Assembly (NCBI GenBank): GCA_963707865.1
Contig: OY970175.1
Location: 300,352-364,351 of the forward strand
Source of the DNA: an uncultured bacterium
GTDB lineage: Bacteria; Patescibacteriota; Minisyncoccia; UBA6257; 2-01-FULL-56-20
Reading direction: 5' to 3'
DNA length: 64,000 nucleotides
Position numbers and translations under genes: made by a program. The notes under the pieces are model-generated. The model searched no databases. It was not told the DNA's origin and worked only from the letters and a program-made list of their open reading frames with translations. This document shows positions 1 through 9,226 of the stretch, in pieces (the stretch's first letter is position 1; each line of letters starts with the position of its first letter).

Positions 1-1003
1 TGCTTTCGGACTTTCCACTGGCCTTGCCTACGTGCACGCAAGGAACACCTCGTACGCGGAACTTAAATCCCTCGCGGGCATCGCGAAAAAATTTCACGGC
101 GTGTACGCGACGCACTTGCGGAACCCAAGCAAAGGCATTGCGGCTTCGGTGGAAGAAACCATCAAACTTGCGGAGGAAGCCGGCGTAAAGACCCTTATCA
201 ACCATTTCGTCCCCGTCGTCGGCTCGGAAAAGGAATACGAAACCGCGCTTGCGGCGATAGAGGCTCTGCCGGGCGACATGGACCTTCATTTTGATATTTA
301 TCCTTCCTCAAGCTCGCTTCTGCCCATTTATACCTTCCTGCCGCTCTGGGCGCAGAACGGCGGCGTGGACGTCATGCTCGCGAATGTAAAGGACGAATGG
401 CTCGCGGCGCGCATACAAAAGGACATGCCGCACCTTGACGAAGAACATTTCGTGATTGCGCAGGCGCCCGGCAACGACTTTTTGGTGGGAAAAACATTGA
501 AAGAAGTGAAGCGTATGTACGGATTCACCGATGGACGGGATGCGCTCATCCGGCTCATGGTAACGATGAATATGCGGGGCGGCGTGCTCTATCGGAATCT
601 CGCAGCGCCTCTCTCAAAGCGCGCTATCGCCTCCAAGCGCAGTTTTGTCGCTTCCAACGCGCCGAGTTTCACCGACAGCGCCGTACGCGGCAAGCAATTG
701 AAATCGGAACGGACCACAAGCACTTTTATTAAGTTTTTATCCATGGTGGAGCAGGACCATATCATGCCGCTTGAAGAAGCGATCGCAAAGATCACTGCGG
801 CACCGGCGAAGAAATTTGACCTTGCACTCCGGGGAACCATCGCGGAGGGAAACTTTGCGGACCTCGCGTGCTTTAAGGGAGGCGAAATCAGATTCACCGT
901 AGTAAACGGCAAAGTGGCGATGCACAACGGCGCATGTACGCAGGCGTTGGCGGGTAAGGTGCTCCGCCACGGTCCTGCGTCGCCCGCGTTCGGCACAGCA
1001 TGA
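1..1003 (+). CDS. amidohydrolase-family protein (D-aminoacylase-like C-terminal region); 5' end cut by window edge
   Basis: ORF 32..1003; the same frame is open back to position 2, so the gene starts upstream of the window. The sequence resembles a metal-dependent amidohydrolase/aminoacylase C-terminal domain. The family assignment is by eye only. Confidence 0.45.
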   Translation, partial: AFGLSTGLAYVHARNTSYAELKSLAGIAKKFHGVYATHLRNPSKGIAASVEETIKLAEEAGVKTLINHFVPVVGSEKEYETALAAIEALPGDMDLHFDIYPSSSSLLPIYTFLPLWAQNGGVDVMLANVKDEWLAARIQKDMPHLDEEHFVIAQAPGNDFLVGKTLKEVKRMYGFTDGRDALIRLMVTMNMRGGVLYRNLAAPLSKRAIASKRSFVASNAPSFTDSAVRGKQLKSERTTSTFIKFLSMVEQDHIMPLEEAIAKITAAPAKKFDLALRGTIAEGNFADLACFKGGEIRFTVVNGKVAMHNGACTQALAGKVLRHGPASPAFGTA

Positions 1004-2112
1004 CGTTGTGGGGTTCCGGCAAGCGCGGTCATAATCCGGATTACTTTTTTTTCGCGATCGTTGTCATCCTTGTGGTGTTCGGACTCGCCATGCTTGCATC
1101 CGCTTCGTCCAATCTTGGGAAAATCAACTTCAATGACACCTATTACTATCTGAAACATCAGATCCTCTATGGCATCTTGGTCGGGATCGTCGGATTTCTT
1201 GTTGGGTATTACGTATATTACGGGCACTGGAAAAAAGTGGCGTTTGTCTTACTGCTTATAAGCTTGGCGGCGCTGGTTCTTGTCTTTACGCCGTTCGGCC
1301 TTCAGGCAAGAAACACAAGCCGTTGGCTCCGGTTCGGCCCTTTGAGCTTCCAGCCGGCGGAACTCATGAAACTTACGTTCATCATTTATCTTGCCGCCTG
1401 GCTTTCCAACCCAAAATTGAAGCGTGCCACTGACTTTCAGGCAGGCCTTCTGCCATTTCTTATCATCTCCGGCATCATTGCGGGACTTCTTATCCTGCAA
1501 CCAGCAACAAGTACGGTCGCCATCCTTCTCTTCTCGGGGCTCGCGGTGTACTTCATGAGCGGGGCGCCACTACGCTACATCCTTCTCATCGCACTCTGCG
1601 CCGTCGTCGCGATCGGACTCGTGATTTATATCACTCCATATCGCCGCGCGAGGATTCTGGGTTTCCTTGACCAAAGCGCGAATACGCAAACCACAAATTA
1701 TCAATTGAACCAATCGCTTATTGCCATCGGCTCGGGCGGGCTCACGGGGGCGGGTTACGGACAGTCGGCAACCAAAACAAGCTATCTTCCGACGCCGATT
1801 GACGATTCCATTTTCGCCGTGGTGGCGGAGGAGCTCGGCTTTGTGGGCGCGGGCGCGCTTGTGGCGCTTTTTGCGCTCTTTGCCGTCCGTCTCTATTGGC
1901 TTGCGAAGAAGATAAATGATCGCTTCGGCCGACTGCTCCTCATCGGCATCGGAACGGCGATCGCGCTCCAGGCATTCGTGAATATGGCGGCGACCTCCGG
2001 ACTTATTCCGCTTACAGGAGTTCCGTTGCCATTCGTAAGCTACGGCGGCACGGCGCTTGCGGTTTTTCTCACCATGAGCGGGATCGCGCTCAATGTGTCA
2101 AAATATACGTAA
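1000..2112 (+). CDS. ftsW: SEDS-family peptidoglycan glycosyltransferase FtsW/RodA
   Basis: 370 aa, multi-TM. Conserved SEDS block GQSATKTSYLPTPIDDSIFAVVAEELGFVGA. Immediately upstream of murG, which is dcw-cluster context. Confidence 0.85.
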   Translation: MTLWGSGKRGHNPDYFFFAIVVILVVFGLAMLASASSNLGKINFNDTYYYLKHQILYGILVGIVGFLVGYYVYYGHWKKVAFVLLLISLAALVLVFTPFGLQARNTSRWLRFGPLSFQPAELMKLTFIIYLAAWLSNPKLKRATDFQAGLLPFLIISGIIAGLLILQPATSTVAILLFSGLAVYFMSGAPLRYILLIALCAVVAIGLVIYITPYRRARILGFLDQSANTQTTNYQLNQSLIAIGSGGLTGAGYGQSATKTSYLPTPIDDSIFAVVAEELGFVGAGALVALFALFAVRLYWLAKKINDRFGRLLLIGIGTAIALQAFVNMAATSGLIPLTGVPLPFVSYGGTALAVFLTMSGIALNVSKYT

Positions 2113-2124
2113 TAAAGTAATCCG

Positions 2125-3258
2125 ATGAAAACCGAAAGTTTCCGTGTAGTGGTGGCGGGCGGGGGAAGCGGGGGACACGTATACCCCACGATCGCGGTGA
2201 TTGAAGCGCTCAAAAAGCAGTGTGCCGAGCTCGGAGTGCCGCTTGAGGTGATCCGCGTGGGTCCGCGGGATGGCTACGAACCGCTCTTCGCCGACTGCGG
2301 TGTCGCGCTTTCACCGATTGTGGCCGGCAAGGTCCGCCGATATGCATCATTAGCGAACTTCGTTGATATCCCCAAATTCTTTATTGGATTCCTCCACGCG
2401 CTTTTCAAGCTGTACTTCCTTATGCCCGACGTTATTTTTTCAAAAGGCGGTACGGGTGCCTTGCCCGTTGTCGCCGCTGGCTGGTTTTATCGCATCCCCA
2501 TCGCTATCCACGAATCCGACGCGAAGCCGGGCCTCACCAACCTTTTTTCCGCGCGTTTCGCGAGAAGAGTGTTTGTGAGCTTCGCAAGCGCGGCCGTTTA
2601 CTTCAATCTGCAGAAAACGCAAGTGACGGGAACCCCGATCCGGGAGGGACTCCTCGTAGGAAGAACCGCGAAAGAACCTACAAAAGAAACACTTGGTTTT
2701 GATTCCCAAAGTTCGCTTACGCTCATTCTTGGCGGCTCACAGGGCTCGCAACGGATCAATCAATTCATTCTTGAGAGCATTGTCGCGCTCGTAAAGGAAA
2801 CCCAGGTGCTCCATCAAACCGGCGCGGCGAATTTGCCGGAGGTTGCGCGACTCTCCCGCGCCGCGCTCATTGATGAATCGTTCCAAAACCGCTACAAGGC
2901 CGTGGGATATTTCGAGAAAGACCTTTCGCTCGCGCTTGCCGCCGCCGACCTCGTGGTCGCACGCGCTGGCAGCAACACTATCGCCGAAGTCGCCTCGTTC
3001 GGCATCCCCATGATCCTTATCCCGCTTTCCGATGCGGCCAACGACCACCAGAAACTGAACGCTTACGAATTCGCAAAAAACGGCGGCGCCGTCGTGATTG
3101 AGGAAGCCAATTTATTTGAAGGCATCTTTCTCGGGCAACTAAAGGCGATTCTTGGCAACGAGGAGTTGCGCGCCAAGATGAGTGCCGCCGCAAGCCAATT
3201 CTTCCTCCCCGATGCTGCGGGAAAAATTGTGGAGGAGCTGCTCCGCCTTGCGATATAG
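2125..3258 (+). CDS. murG: UDP-N-acetylglucosamine--N-acetylmuramyl-(pentapeptide) pyrophosphoryl-undecaprenol N-acetylglucosamine transferase
   Basis: 377 aa. N-terminal G-rich loop VVVAGGGSGGHVYPTIAV typical of MurG. GT-B C-terminal domain. Follows ftsW. Confidence 0.9.
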   Translation: MKTESFRVVVAGGGSGGHVYPTIAVIEALKKQCAELGVPLEVIRVGPRDGYEPLFADCGVALSPIVAGKVRRYASLANFVDIPKFFIGFLHALFKLYFLMPDVIFSKGGTGALPVVAAGWFYRIPIAIHESDAKPGLTNLFSARFARRVFVSFASAAVYFNLQKTQVTGTPIREGLLVGRTAKEPTKETLGFDSQSSLTLILGGSQGSQRINQFILESIVALVKETQVLHQTGAANLPEVARLSRAALIDESFQNRYKAVGYFEKDLSLALAAADLVVARAGSNTIAEVASFGIPMILIPLSDAANDHQKLNAYEFAKNGGAVVIEEANLFEGIFLGQLKAILGNEELRAKMSAAASQFFLPDAAGKIVEELLRLAI

Positions 3259-3274
3259 AAGCGCAAAAAAAACA

Positions 3275-5026
3275 ATGAACGCTGAAATCAAAGCTTGCCA
3301 AAATTGCAAAAAACAGTTCGCGATTGAGCAGGATGATTTTGCGTTTTATGAAAAGATAAAGGTTCCGCCGCCCACGTGGTGCACAGAGTGCCGCAGAGAG
3401 CGCCTTTTAACGTGGCGGAACGAACGAACCCTTTATAGAAGGAAATGTGCTGCGACTAATAAAGATATCATTTCCGTATTCCGCCCCGACAGCCCGATGA
3501 CCATCTACGACCGGGACTATTGGTGGAGTGACAGCTGGAATCCAGAAGACTTCGGACGGGAATACGACTTCTCCAAGCCGTTTTTTTCGCAGTTCAGAAG
3601 CCTGATGGAAAAAGCTCCCATGCCTGCAGTGTTCAACTCACAATGCTTGAACAGTGAATATTGTAACCACATAACCAAATCTAAAAACTGTTATCTTGTT
3701 TTTGCCACGTGGCATTCCGAGAATCTGATGTACTCGGCGCAGTGCAGCGATACCACCGACTCGCTGGACATCCTTACTGGTACCGAGTGCGAGCTTTGTT
3801 ATGACGACATAAAAGGCATAAAGCTGTACCGCGTCTTTTATTCCGATAACTGCGAAGGCTGCAGTGATTGCGCCTTTTTATATGACTGCAAGGGTTGCCA
3901 GTACTGCTTTGGCTGCACCAATCTCCGCAACAAATCATATTACTTTTTCAACAAATCCCTTGGCAAAGAAGCGTATTTGGAAAAGATGAAGGAATTCAAC
4001 CTCGGCAACCGCGAGGGCGTAAGGCGAGCCAAGCAAAGGTTTGAAACAGAAAAGCTCCGCGCGATCAGACGCCCAGCGTTCCTTGTCAATTCAACCAACT
4101 CAACGGGAGATTATCTCGAGCGGTGCGAATCGTGTGTGCATTGCTTCGGCATTCGGGCGGGGGCAAAAAACTGCAAGAATTGTTACAACGGCGGCTATAA
4201 TCTTTTTGATTCGCGGGATTCGTACGGTCCGGGAGTCAATGCCGAACTTCTCTACGAAAGCATAGACACCGGGGTCGAGGGTTCTTCGCTTTACTTTGAC
4301 ATTGTGGTATACGGCGGTATGAACGTGGAATATAGCTACAATTGCCATGGTGCAAGCAATTGTTTCGGCTGCGTTGGTTTACGAAATAAACAATACTGCA
4401 TATTAAACAAGCAATACTCGAAAGATGCGTATGAGATCTTGATAACCAAGATAAAGCAACACATGAGCGACGTGCCCTATATCGATAAGAAGGGCAGAAA
4501 ATACTCCTACGGTGAATTCTTCCCGGTTGAGCTATCTCCATTCGCTTTCAATGAAACCATATCGTACGAGTTTTTCCCCTATTCGCGCGGCGAACTTCGA
4601 TCACGCGGGTACGAATATCTCGAACCGGCGAAAACAAGCTATAAAGTGACTGTTGATGTCGGCAATGTCCCGGTCGACTTGAGAGACGTAGACAAAAAAG
4701 TAACGGATGAAGTAATCGCATGCGAGCACGCGGGAACTTGTCGCGATAATTGCAGTGGCGCATTTCGCATAACCCCGCAGGAACTGCAGCTTTATGAAAA
4801 ACTGCATATATGCCTGCCGGTGCTCTGTCCGAACTGTCGCCATATGGAGCGCGTGCGCCGTACTAACCCATTTTTCCTTTGGCACCGTGTGTGTCAATGT
4901 TCCGGGGGTTCTGCGCCGCATTTTCATGGCACAAACCGTTGCCCTAATGAATTTGAAACCTCCTATGCCCCTGACCGATCAGAGATCGTTTACTGCGAGC
5001 AGTGCTATCAGGCAGAAGTGGCTTAA
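3275..5026 (+). CDS. Cys-rich multi-zinc-ribbon repeat protein (unknown function)
   Basis: ORF track gives 3182..5026, but the first ATG not overlapping murG is 3275 (MNAEIKACQNCKK...). The N- and C-termini carry homologous CxxC-x(17-20)-CxxC modules. The centre has repeated C..CFGC..LRNK.Y...NK modules. About 50 Cys in total. Confidence 0.6.
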   Translation: MNAEIKACQNCKKQFAIEQDDFAFYEKIKVPPPTWCTECRRERLLTWRNERTLYRRKCAATNKDIISVFRPDSPMTIYDRDYWWSDSWNPEDFGREYDFSKPFFSQFRSLMEKAPMPAVFNSQCLNSEYCNHITKSKNCYLVFATWHSENLMYSAQCSDTTDSLDILTGTECELCYDDIKGIKLYRVFYSDNCEGCSDCAFLYDCKGCQYCFGCTNLRNKSYYFFNKSLGKEAYLEKMKEFNLGNREGVRRAKQRFETEKLRAIRRPAFLVNSTNSTGDYLERCESCVHCFGIRAGAKNCKNCYNGGYNLFDSRDSYGPGVNAELLYESIDTGVEGSSLYFDIVVYGGMNVEYSYNCHGASNCFGCVGLRNKQYCILNKQYSKDAYEILITKIKQHMSDVPYIDKKGRKYSYGEFFPVELSPFAFNETISYEFFPYSRGELRSRGYEYLEPAKTSYKVTVDVGNVPVDLRDVDKKVTDEVIACEHAGTCRDNCSGAFRITPQELQLYEKLHICLPVLCPNCRHMERVRRTNPFFLWHRVCQCSGGSAPHFHGTNRCPNEFETSYAPDRSEIVYCEQCYQAEVA

Positions 5027-5093
5027 TTTCAAAGATTTACAGCAGTTTTTGCAAGGCATGAAAAATGAAAGCGCTTTTCGAACTATAGACAGC

Positions 5094-5238
5094 AGCGCAT
5101 GAGCGTTGTTTTTCCGGAGCATCCCGGAGCCGCGGCGGCTTGAGGCGACCTTCAGGTCGCCTGCCGCGGCGAGGGCGAGCGGCGTTTTCCCGTCGGAGAA
5201 AACGACCGCGTCTCCGAAAAGACAACGCTCATGCGCTA
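5094..5238. repeat. 145-bp nested palindromic element (25-bp outer inverted repeat enclosing two hairpins)
   Basis: GCGCATGAGCGTTGTTTTTCCGGAG at 5094 is matched by CTCCGAAAAGACAACGCTCATGCGC ending at 5238. The inner hairpins are GGCGACC-TTCA-GGTCGCC flanked by GCCGCGG/CCGCGGC, and CGTTTTC-n8-GAAAACG. Confidence 0.55.
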
Positions 5239-5284
5239 ATCAGAATTAGAAAAACCCTAAAATTTGAGGTAAGATAGGGGAGAT

Positions 5285-6781
5285 ATGACGGAAAAAAAGG
5301 AGGAAAAGGACATGGCGGTCCGCGTAAGGATGGCGCCAAGCCCCACGGGGCCTTTGCATGTTGGGACTGCGCGGACGGCGCTTTTCAATTGGCTTTTCGC
5401 TCGTAAGCATGGGGGGGTGTTCGTGCTGCGCGTGGAGGACACGGACAAGGACCGCTCGGAAAAAAAATACGAAGACGAGATCCTGGAAGGCCTTTCGTGG
5501 CTTGGTTTGGATTGGGATGAGGGGCCGCTTGCGGACGGCGGTCGCCTGCCGGTGGCGGACGAAAAAGGACCGTACGGCCCGTACCGGCAAAGCGAGCGGA
5601 CTGCGATCTACAAAAAGTATCTGCAGGAGCTTTTGGATAAGGGCGAAGCGTACTACTGCTATTGCACCAAAGAAGAGCTCGGAGCGCAGCGCGAGGCGAT
5701 GCTCGCGCAGGGACTCCCGCCGAAATACAACGGCCGGTGCAGAAATCTGAAGACACTACCGGCAGGAAAAAGCCCGGAGGTAATCCGCTTCAAGATTCCA
5801 GAAACGGACGTGGAATTTAATGATCTTATCCGCGGAAAAGTTGCATTCGATACCTCGCTCTTCGGCGACATCATAATCGCGAAGAACCTTTTGAATCCAC
5901 TCTATAATTTCGCGGTCGTGGTGGACGACGAGCTTATGAGAATCAGCCATGTTATCCGCGGAGAGGATCATCTTCCGAACACGCCGAAGCAAATTCTTAT
6001 GCAGCGCGCGCTTGGATTCAGCGAACCGCACTATGCCCACATTCCGCTCATCCTGAATCCCGATCGCACCAAGATGTCAAAGCGTTTCGCCGACACCGCG
6101 CTCTTGCCATATCGCGAGAAGGGCTACCTGCCGGACGCACTCTTCAACTTTTTAGCCCTTCTCGGCTGGCACCCGAAAGATAACCGTGAAGTGCTTTCCA
6201 AAAAGGACTTGATAAAAGAGTTTGACCTCGCGCGAGTGCAGCAGGCGGGCGCCGCGTTCAATCCGGAAAAGCTGGAATGGCTGAACCGCGAACACCTGAA
6301 GAAAATGAGCAGCAAAAAGACCGCTGCCGAGATACGCGCATTGAAACTGTTTGCATCCGAGGGCCTGCCCGAACCAGAGGAAGATGTTCTTATGAAGATC
6401 ATTGATGTGGAGCGAAACCGCGCGAGCACGCTCCGCGACTTTGTAACGCTCGGCCGCTTTTTCCTTGTCCTGCCAGAGTATGAAAAAGAACTCTTGATCT
6501 GGAAAGAAAGCTCCGCCATGGAAGCAGATGCCGCGCTCAGGGCGATGGACGACGCGCTTGCAAAGATCAATGCGCAGGAATTTAACCGCGAAACGTTATC
6601 GGCGGCCGTCACGAACACCATTACGGCAATTGATGGGAAGAGGGGATCGGTACTGTGGCCTCTCCGCGTAGCGGTTTCCGGGCAGAGGGCATCGCCCGAT
6701 CCCCTGGAAATCATGGAGGTGCTGGGCAAGGCGGAATCGCTTCGCCGGATAGCCCTCGCACGCAAGAAACTTACTTCTTAA
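5285..6781 (+). CDS. gltX: glutamyl-tRNA synthetase
   Basis: RVRMAPSPTGPLHVGTARTALFNWLFARKHGG (class I HIGH-type motif region of GluRS). KMSKRF (KMSKS) motif. 498 aa; the start could be 5285 or 5312. Confidence 0.9.
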   Translation: MTEKKEEKDMAVRVRMAPSPTGPLHVGTARTALFNWLFARKHGGVFVLRVEDTDKDRSEKKYEDEILEGLSWLGLDWDEGPLADGGRLPVADEKGPYGPYRQSERTAIYKKYLQELLDKGEAYYCYCTKEELGAQREAMLAQGLPPKYNGRCRNLKTLPAGKSPEVIRFKIPETDVEFNDLIRGKVAFDTSLFGDIIIAKNLLNPLYNFAVVVDDELMRISHVIRGEDHLPNTPKQILMQRALGFSEPHYAHIPLILNPDRTKMSKRFADTALLPYREKGYLPDALFNFLALLGWHPKDNREVLSKKDLIKEFDLARVQQAGAAFNPEKLEWLNREHLKKMSSKKTAAEIRALKLFASEGLPEPEEDVLMKIIDVERNRASTLRDFVTLGRFFLVLPEYEKELLIWKESSAMEADAALRAMDDALAKINAQEFNRETLSAAVTNTITAIDGKRGSVLWPLRVAVSGQRASPDPLEIMEVLGKAESLRRIALARKKLTS

Positions 6782-6782
6782 C

Positions 6783-8084
6783 ATGAAGACGCTTTTTTAT
6801 TTTTACGCGCAAATCGTCGCGGCGGCCGTCACGGGATGTGCAATCGTAGCAATCACCGCGAGTGCCCAAAGCGTTTCACCAACCTCCACAACTACGCAGA
6901 TGACGGCGACCACCCTGCAGGCGCAGATCCAGCAAAAACAGCAGCAATTGAATGGCGTGAACGCCCAACTTGCATCCACCACCGCGAACCTGAAGCAGAT
7001 ACAATCGCAGCGCGTGACGCTCCAGCAGCAGCTCAACCTGATCAACGGCAACGTCAGTTCGTTGAATTTTGGCATCCAAGCCGATACGCTGACCTCGCAA
7101 CAGCTCACGTTAGAAATTGAACAGCTCCAGAGTGACATGAAGGACATTCAGGCATCCGTGGCGACGAAACAAAATGCCATCGCGAGCATCTTGCAAGAAG
7201 TTGAGCGGAATGATTCCGAAAATGGAAACCTTTTCGCGTTATTCCTCAAAAGCGGGACGCTTGCGGACGGCGTCATGGAAGCGAATTCACTTTTGAATCT
7301 CCGCGCGGAGCTTGCGACCGACATTGATGCGCTTAAGGAACTCAACACGGAATATGCTACGAAGATTGAGGACAGTACGGCGAAATCAGGGCAAGTTACG
7401 GTACACCAAGAAGACCTTCAGAACAAGAAAGTAATCGTCCAAGATGAACAATCGCAAAAGCAAACTCTCTTGAAATCAACCAAGAATCAAGAAAGCGTTT
7501 TCCAAGAGCAGATGACGGCGCTTCAAAAAGAACAGGCGGCGATCGCAAGCGACATGGAGGCGATCGCCGCGGTGCTGCGCACAAAGATTGACCCCTCCAC
7601 ACTGCCCGCACTCGCGCCCGGGGTACTCCTCATACCGATCCATGGCGACGATGAGTCGGACATCACGCAAGGATACGGCGCGACCGCATTTGCCAAAAAC
7701 GGCTACGCGGGGCACTGGCACAACGGCATTGATCTTGCCGCATCCATCGGAACGCCGGTCCTCGCGGCCGAGGATGGCGTTGTGGCCGCCACCGGCAACC
7801 AGGACGCGTACTGTCCAAAAGGGGCATACGGAAAATTCGTAGTCATCAATCACACGAACAATCTCACCACACTCTACGGCCATTTCTCGCGGATCATCGT
7901 CGCAAAGGGCGACACGGTAAAGAGGGGACAGGTAATCGGCTATTCCGGCCAGACGGGCTATGCCACCGGCCCGCACCTGCACTTCACGGTTTATGCTCAG
8001 GCGACGTTCTATATGGGACAATCAAAGGTGTGCGGGCCAATGCCCTACGGCGGTGATCTGAACCCTATTGGATATTTATTCTAA
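6783..8084 (+). CDS. M23-family metallopeptidase with N-terminal Gln-rich coiled coil
   Basis: Signal-peptide-like N-terminus. Long Q/L-rich coiled coil. C-terminal HWHNGIDLA ... YGKFVVINH ... GYSGQTGYATGPHLHFTVY (LytM/M23 HxxxD and HxH motifs). Confidence 0.85.
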   Translation: MKTLFYFYAQIVAAAVTGCAIVAITASAQSVSPTSTTTQMTATTLQAQIQQKQQQLNGVNAQLASTTANLKQIQSQRVTLQQQLNLINGNVSSLNFGIQADTLTSQQLTLEIEQLQSDMKDIQASVATKQNAIASILQEVERNDSENGNLFALFLKSGTLADGVMEANSLLNLRAELATDIDALKELNTEYATKIEDSTAKSGQVTVHQEDLQNKKVIVQDEQSQKQTLLKSTKNQESVFQEQMTALQKEQAAIASDMEAIAAVLRTKIDPSTLPALAPGVLLIPIHGDDESDITQGYGATAFAKNGYAGHWHNGIDLAASIGTPVLAAEDGVVAATGNQDAYCPKGAYGKFVVINHTNNLTTLYGHFSRIIVAKGDTVKRGQVIGYSGQTGYATGPHLHFTVYAQATFYMGQSKVCGPMPYGGDLNPIGYLF

Positions 8085-8102
8085 AAATGGCATAATGAAA
8101 CC

Positions 8103-8540
8103 ATGTTGTGGCGGCGAAGAGCGCGTGCCCTTGTGATAATGGCAGTTATCGCCGTTTGTGTTGCCACGGCGACTTCCTTAAAAACCGCCCAAACCGTGGG
8201 AGCGTATTCGCTTCAAGGAACTCCCCAAAGCCAGTCGGGCTTTACGACGGTTGGTCTGCCGTCCTTGAACTTTAGCAGTTTGCTCTCACCGCTCCAGAAT
8301 TTCCTGAACAGCATCGGCTCGGTGGGGAAAGGAGCAATGCCGCAGCTCAATCTGTCCACGCCACAAACACAACTCCTCACGACAGGCACGCTAAACGTTT
8401 TTCAGCAATTTGATGACTGGTTTTATGGCACCGTCGGGTTTCATATTTCCGAATTCTTCGTCGCCATTCTGAACGTTCTTCTTTGGGTACTCGGCATTGT
8501 GGAGAGCATAGTCAGGTGGCTCCTGGGCCTCGTCCGGTAG
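8103..8540 (+). CDS. hypothetical secreted/membrane protein
   Basis: 145 aa. N-terminal hydrophobic signal and C-terminal TM helix. No recognisable domain. Confidence 0.45.
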   Translation: MLWRRRARALVIMAVIAVCVATATSLKTAQTVGAYSLQGTPQSQSGFTTVGLPSLNFSSLLSPLQNFLNSIGSVGKGAMPQLNLSTPQTQLLTTGTLNVFQQFDDWFYGTVGFHISEFFVAILNVLLWVLGIVESIVRWLLGLVR

Positions 8541-8582
8541 GAGTTGTTTTAATCAAAACTTTAGGACTTTTTAATATCTTTT

Positions 8583-9122
8583 TTGTATAGTGGCAACATG
8601 GAAATGTTGCCGGGGGATTACATTGCCGGATTTGTGGATGGCGAAGGGTGTTTCGCGCTGAAGTTCATCCGATCCGTGCGCCATGACAGGAAAAACAAAC
8701 CAGTTTATTTTTATTGGGATGTGGAATTTATTATTGCTTTGCGAATAGACGACAAAGAAATTTTGGAAAAAATTCGGACATCGCTGGAGTGTGGGCGAAT
8801 AAGCCTCAGCAAAAGTGGTGAAGCGAGGTTTTACGTGAACGCAATCAATGATTTGAAAGATAAACTAGTACCATTTTTTGAAAAATATTCCTTACGTGCC
8901 AAAAAACAGAAGGATTTTTTATTATGGAAAGAGGCATTAATGATTCTGTATAAAAATCAGCAGATCAATATTTTGAGGAGAAAACAACAGAAAGGATTTT
9001 TAAAAATTAATATGAATGAAACCGATCGGCGTCGGTTACGCGAAATTCACGAGGAGATGAAACCCATCAAGAGCAAGAGAAAAGCTGACTGGAAGTGGTT
9101 AAATGCAGAAAGCAAAAGCTAG
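8583..9122 (+). CDS. LAGLIDADG-family homing endonuclease (single-motif, free-standing)
   Basis: Motif LPGDYIAGFVDGEGCFALKF matches the LAGLIDADG consensus. 179 aa is typical of homodimeric enzymes. The gene and its flanks are markedly AT-rich relative to neighbours. Confidence 0.75.
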   Translation: MYSGNMEMLPGDYIAGFVDGEGCFALKFIRSVRHDRKNKPVYFYWDVEFIIALRIDDKEILEKIRTSLECGRISLSKSGEARFYVNAINDLKDKLVPFFEKYSLRAKKQKDFLLWKEALMILYKNQQINILRRKQQKGFLKINMNETDRRRLREIHEEMKPIKSKRKADWKWLNAESKS

Positions 9123-9226
9123 CTTAGTTTGTTTATCTGTCTGGAAAGGTATATTGTGCGACATATAGTATCCGGCCGTAGGTATCCTTCCCTGCTAGAC
9201 CGGCATTACTATAAGATAAAGGAGTT

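Noticed and set aside
3182-3274. N-terminal extension of the Cys-rich ORF (track start 3182) overlapping the murG 3' end by 77 nt
   Set aside because: The extension is Ser/Arg-rich filler. The first ATG after the murG stop (3275) begins the conserved CxxC module and has an upstream A-rich spacer.
8084-9226. Group I/II intron hosting the LAGLIDADG ORF and splitting a single peptidase gene
   Set aside because: Both flanking M23 ORFs are complete, each with its own signal peptide and full catalytic motifs, and an unrelated 145-aa ORF lies between. No intron core was recognisable by eye, so a formal Infernal search is still worthwhile.
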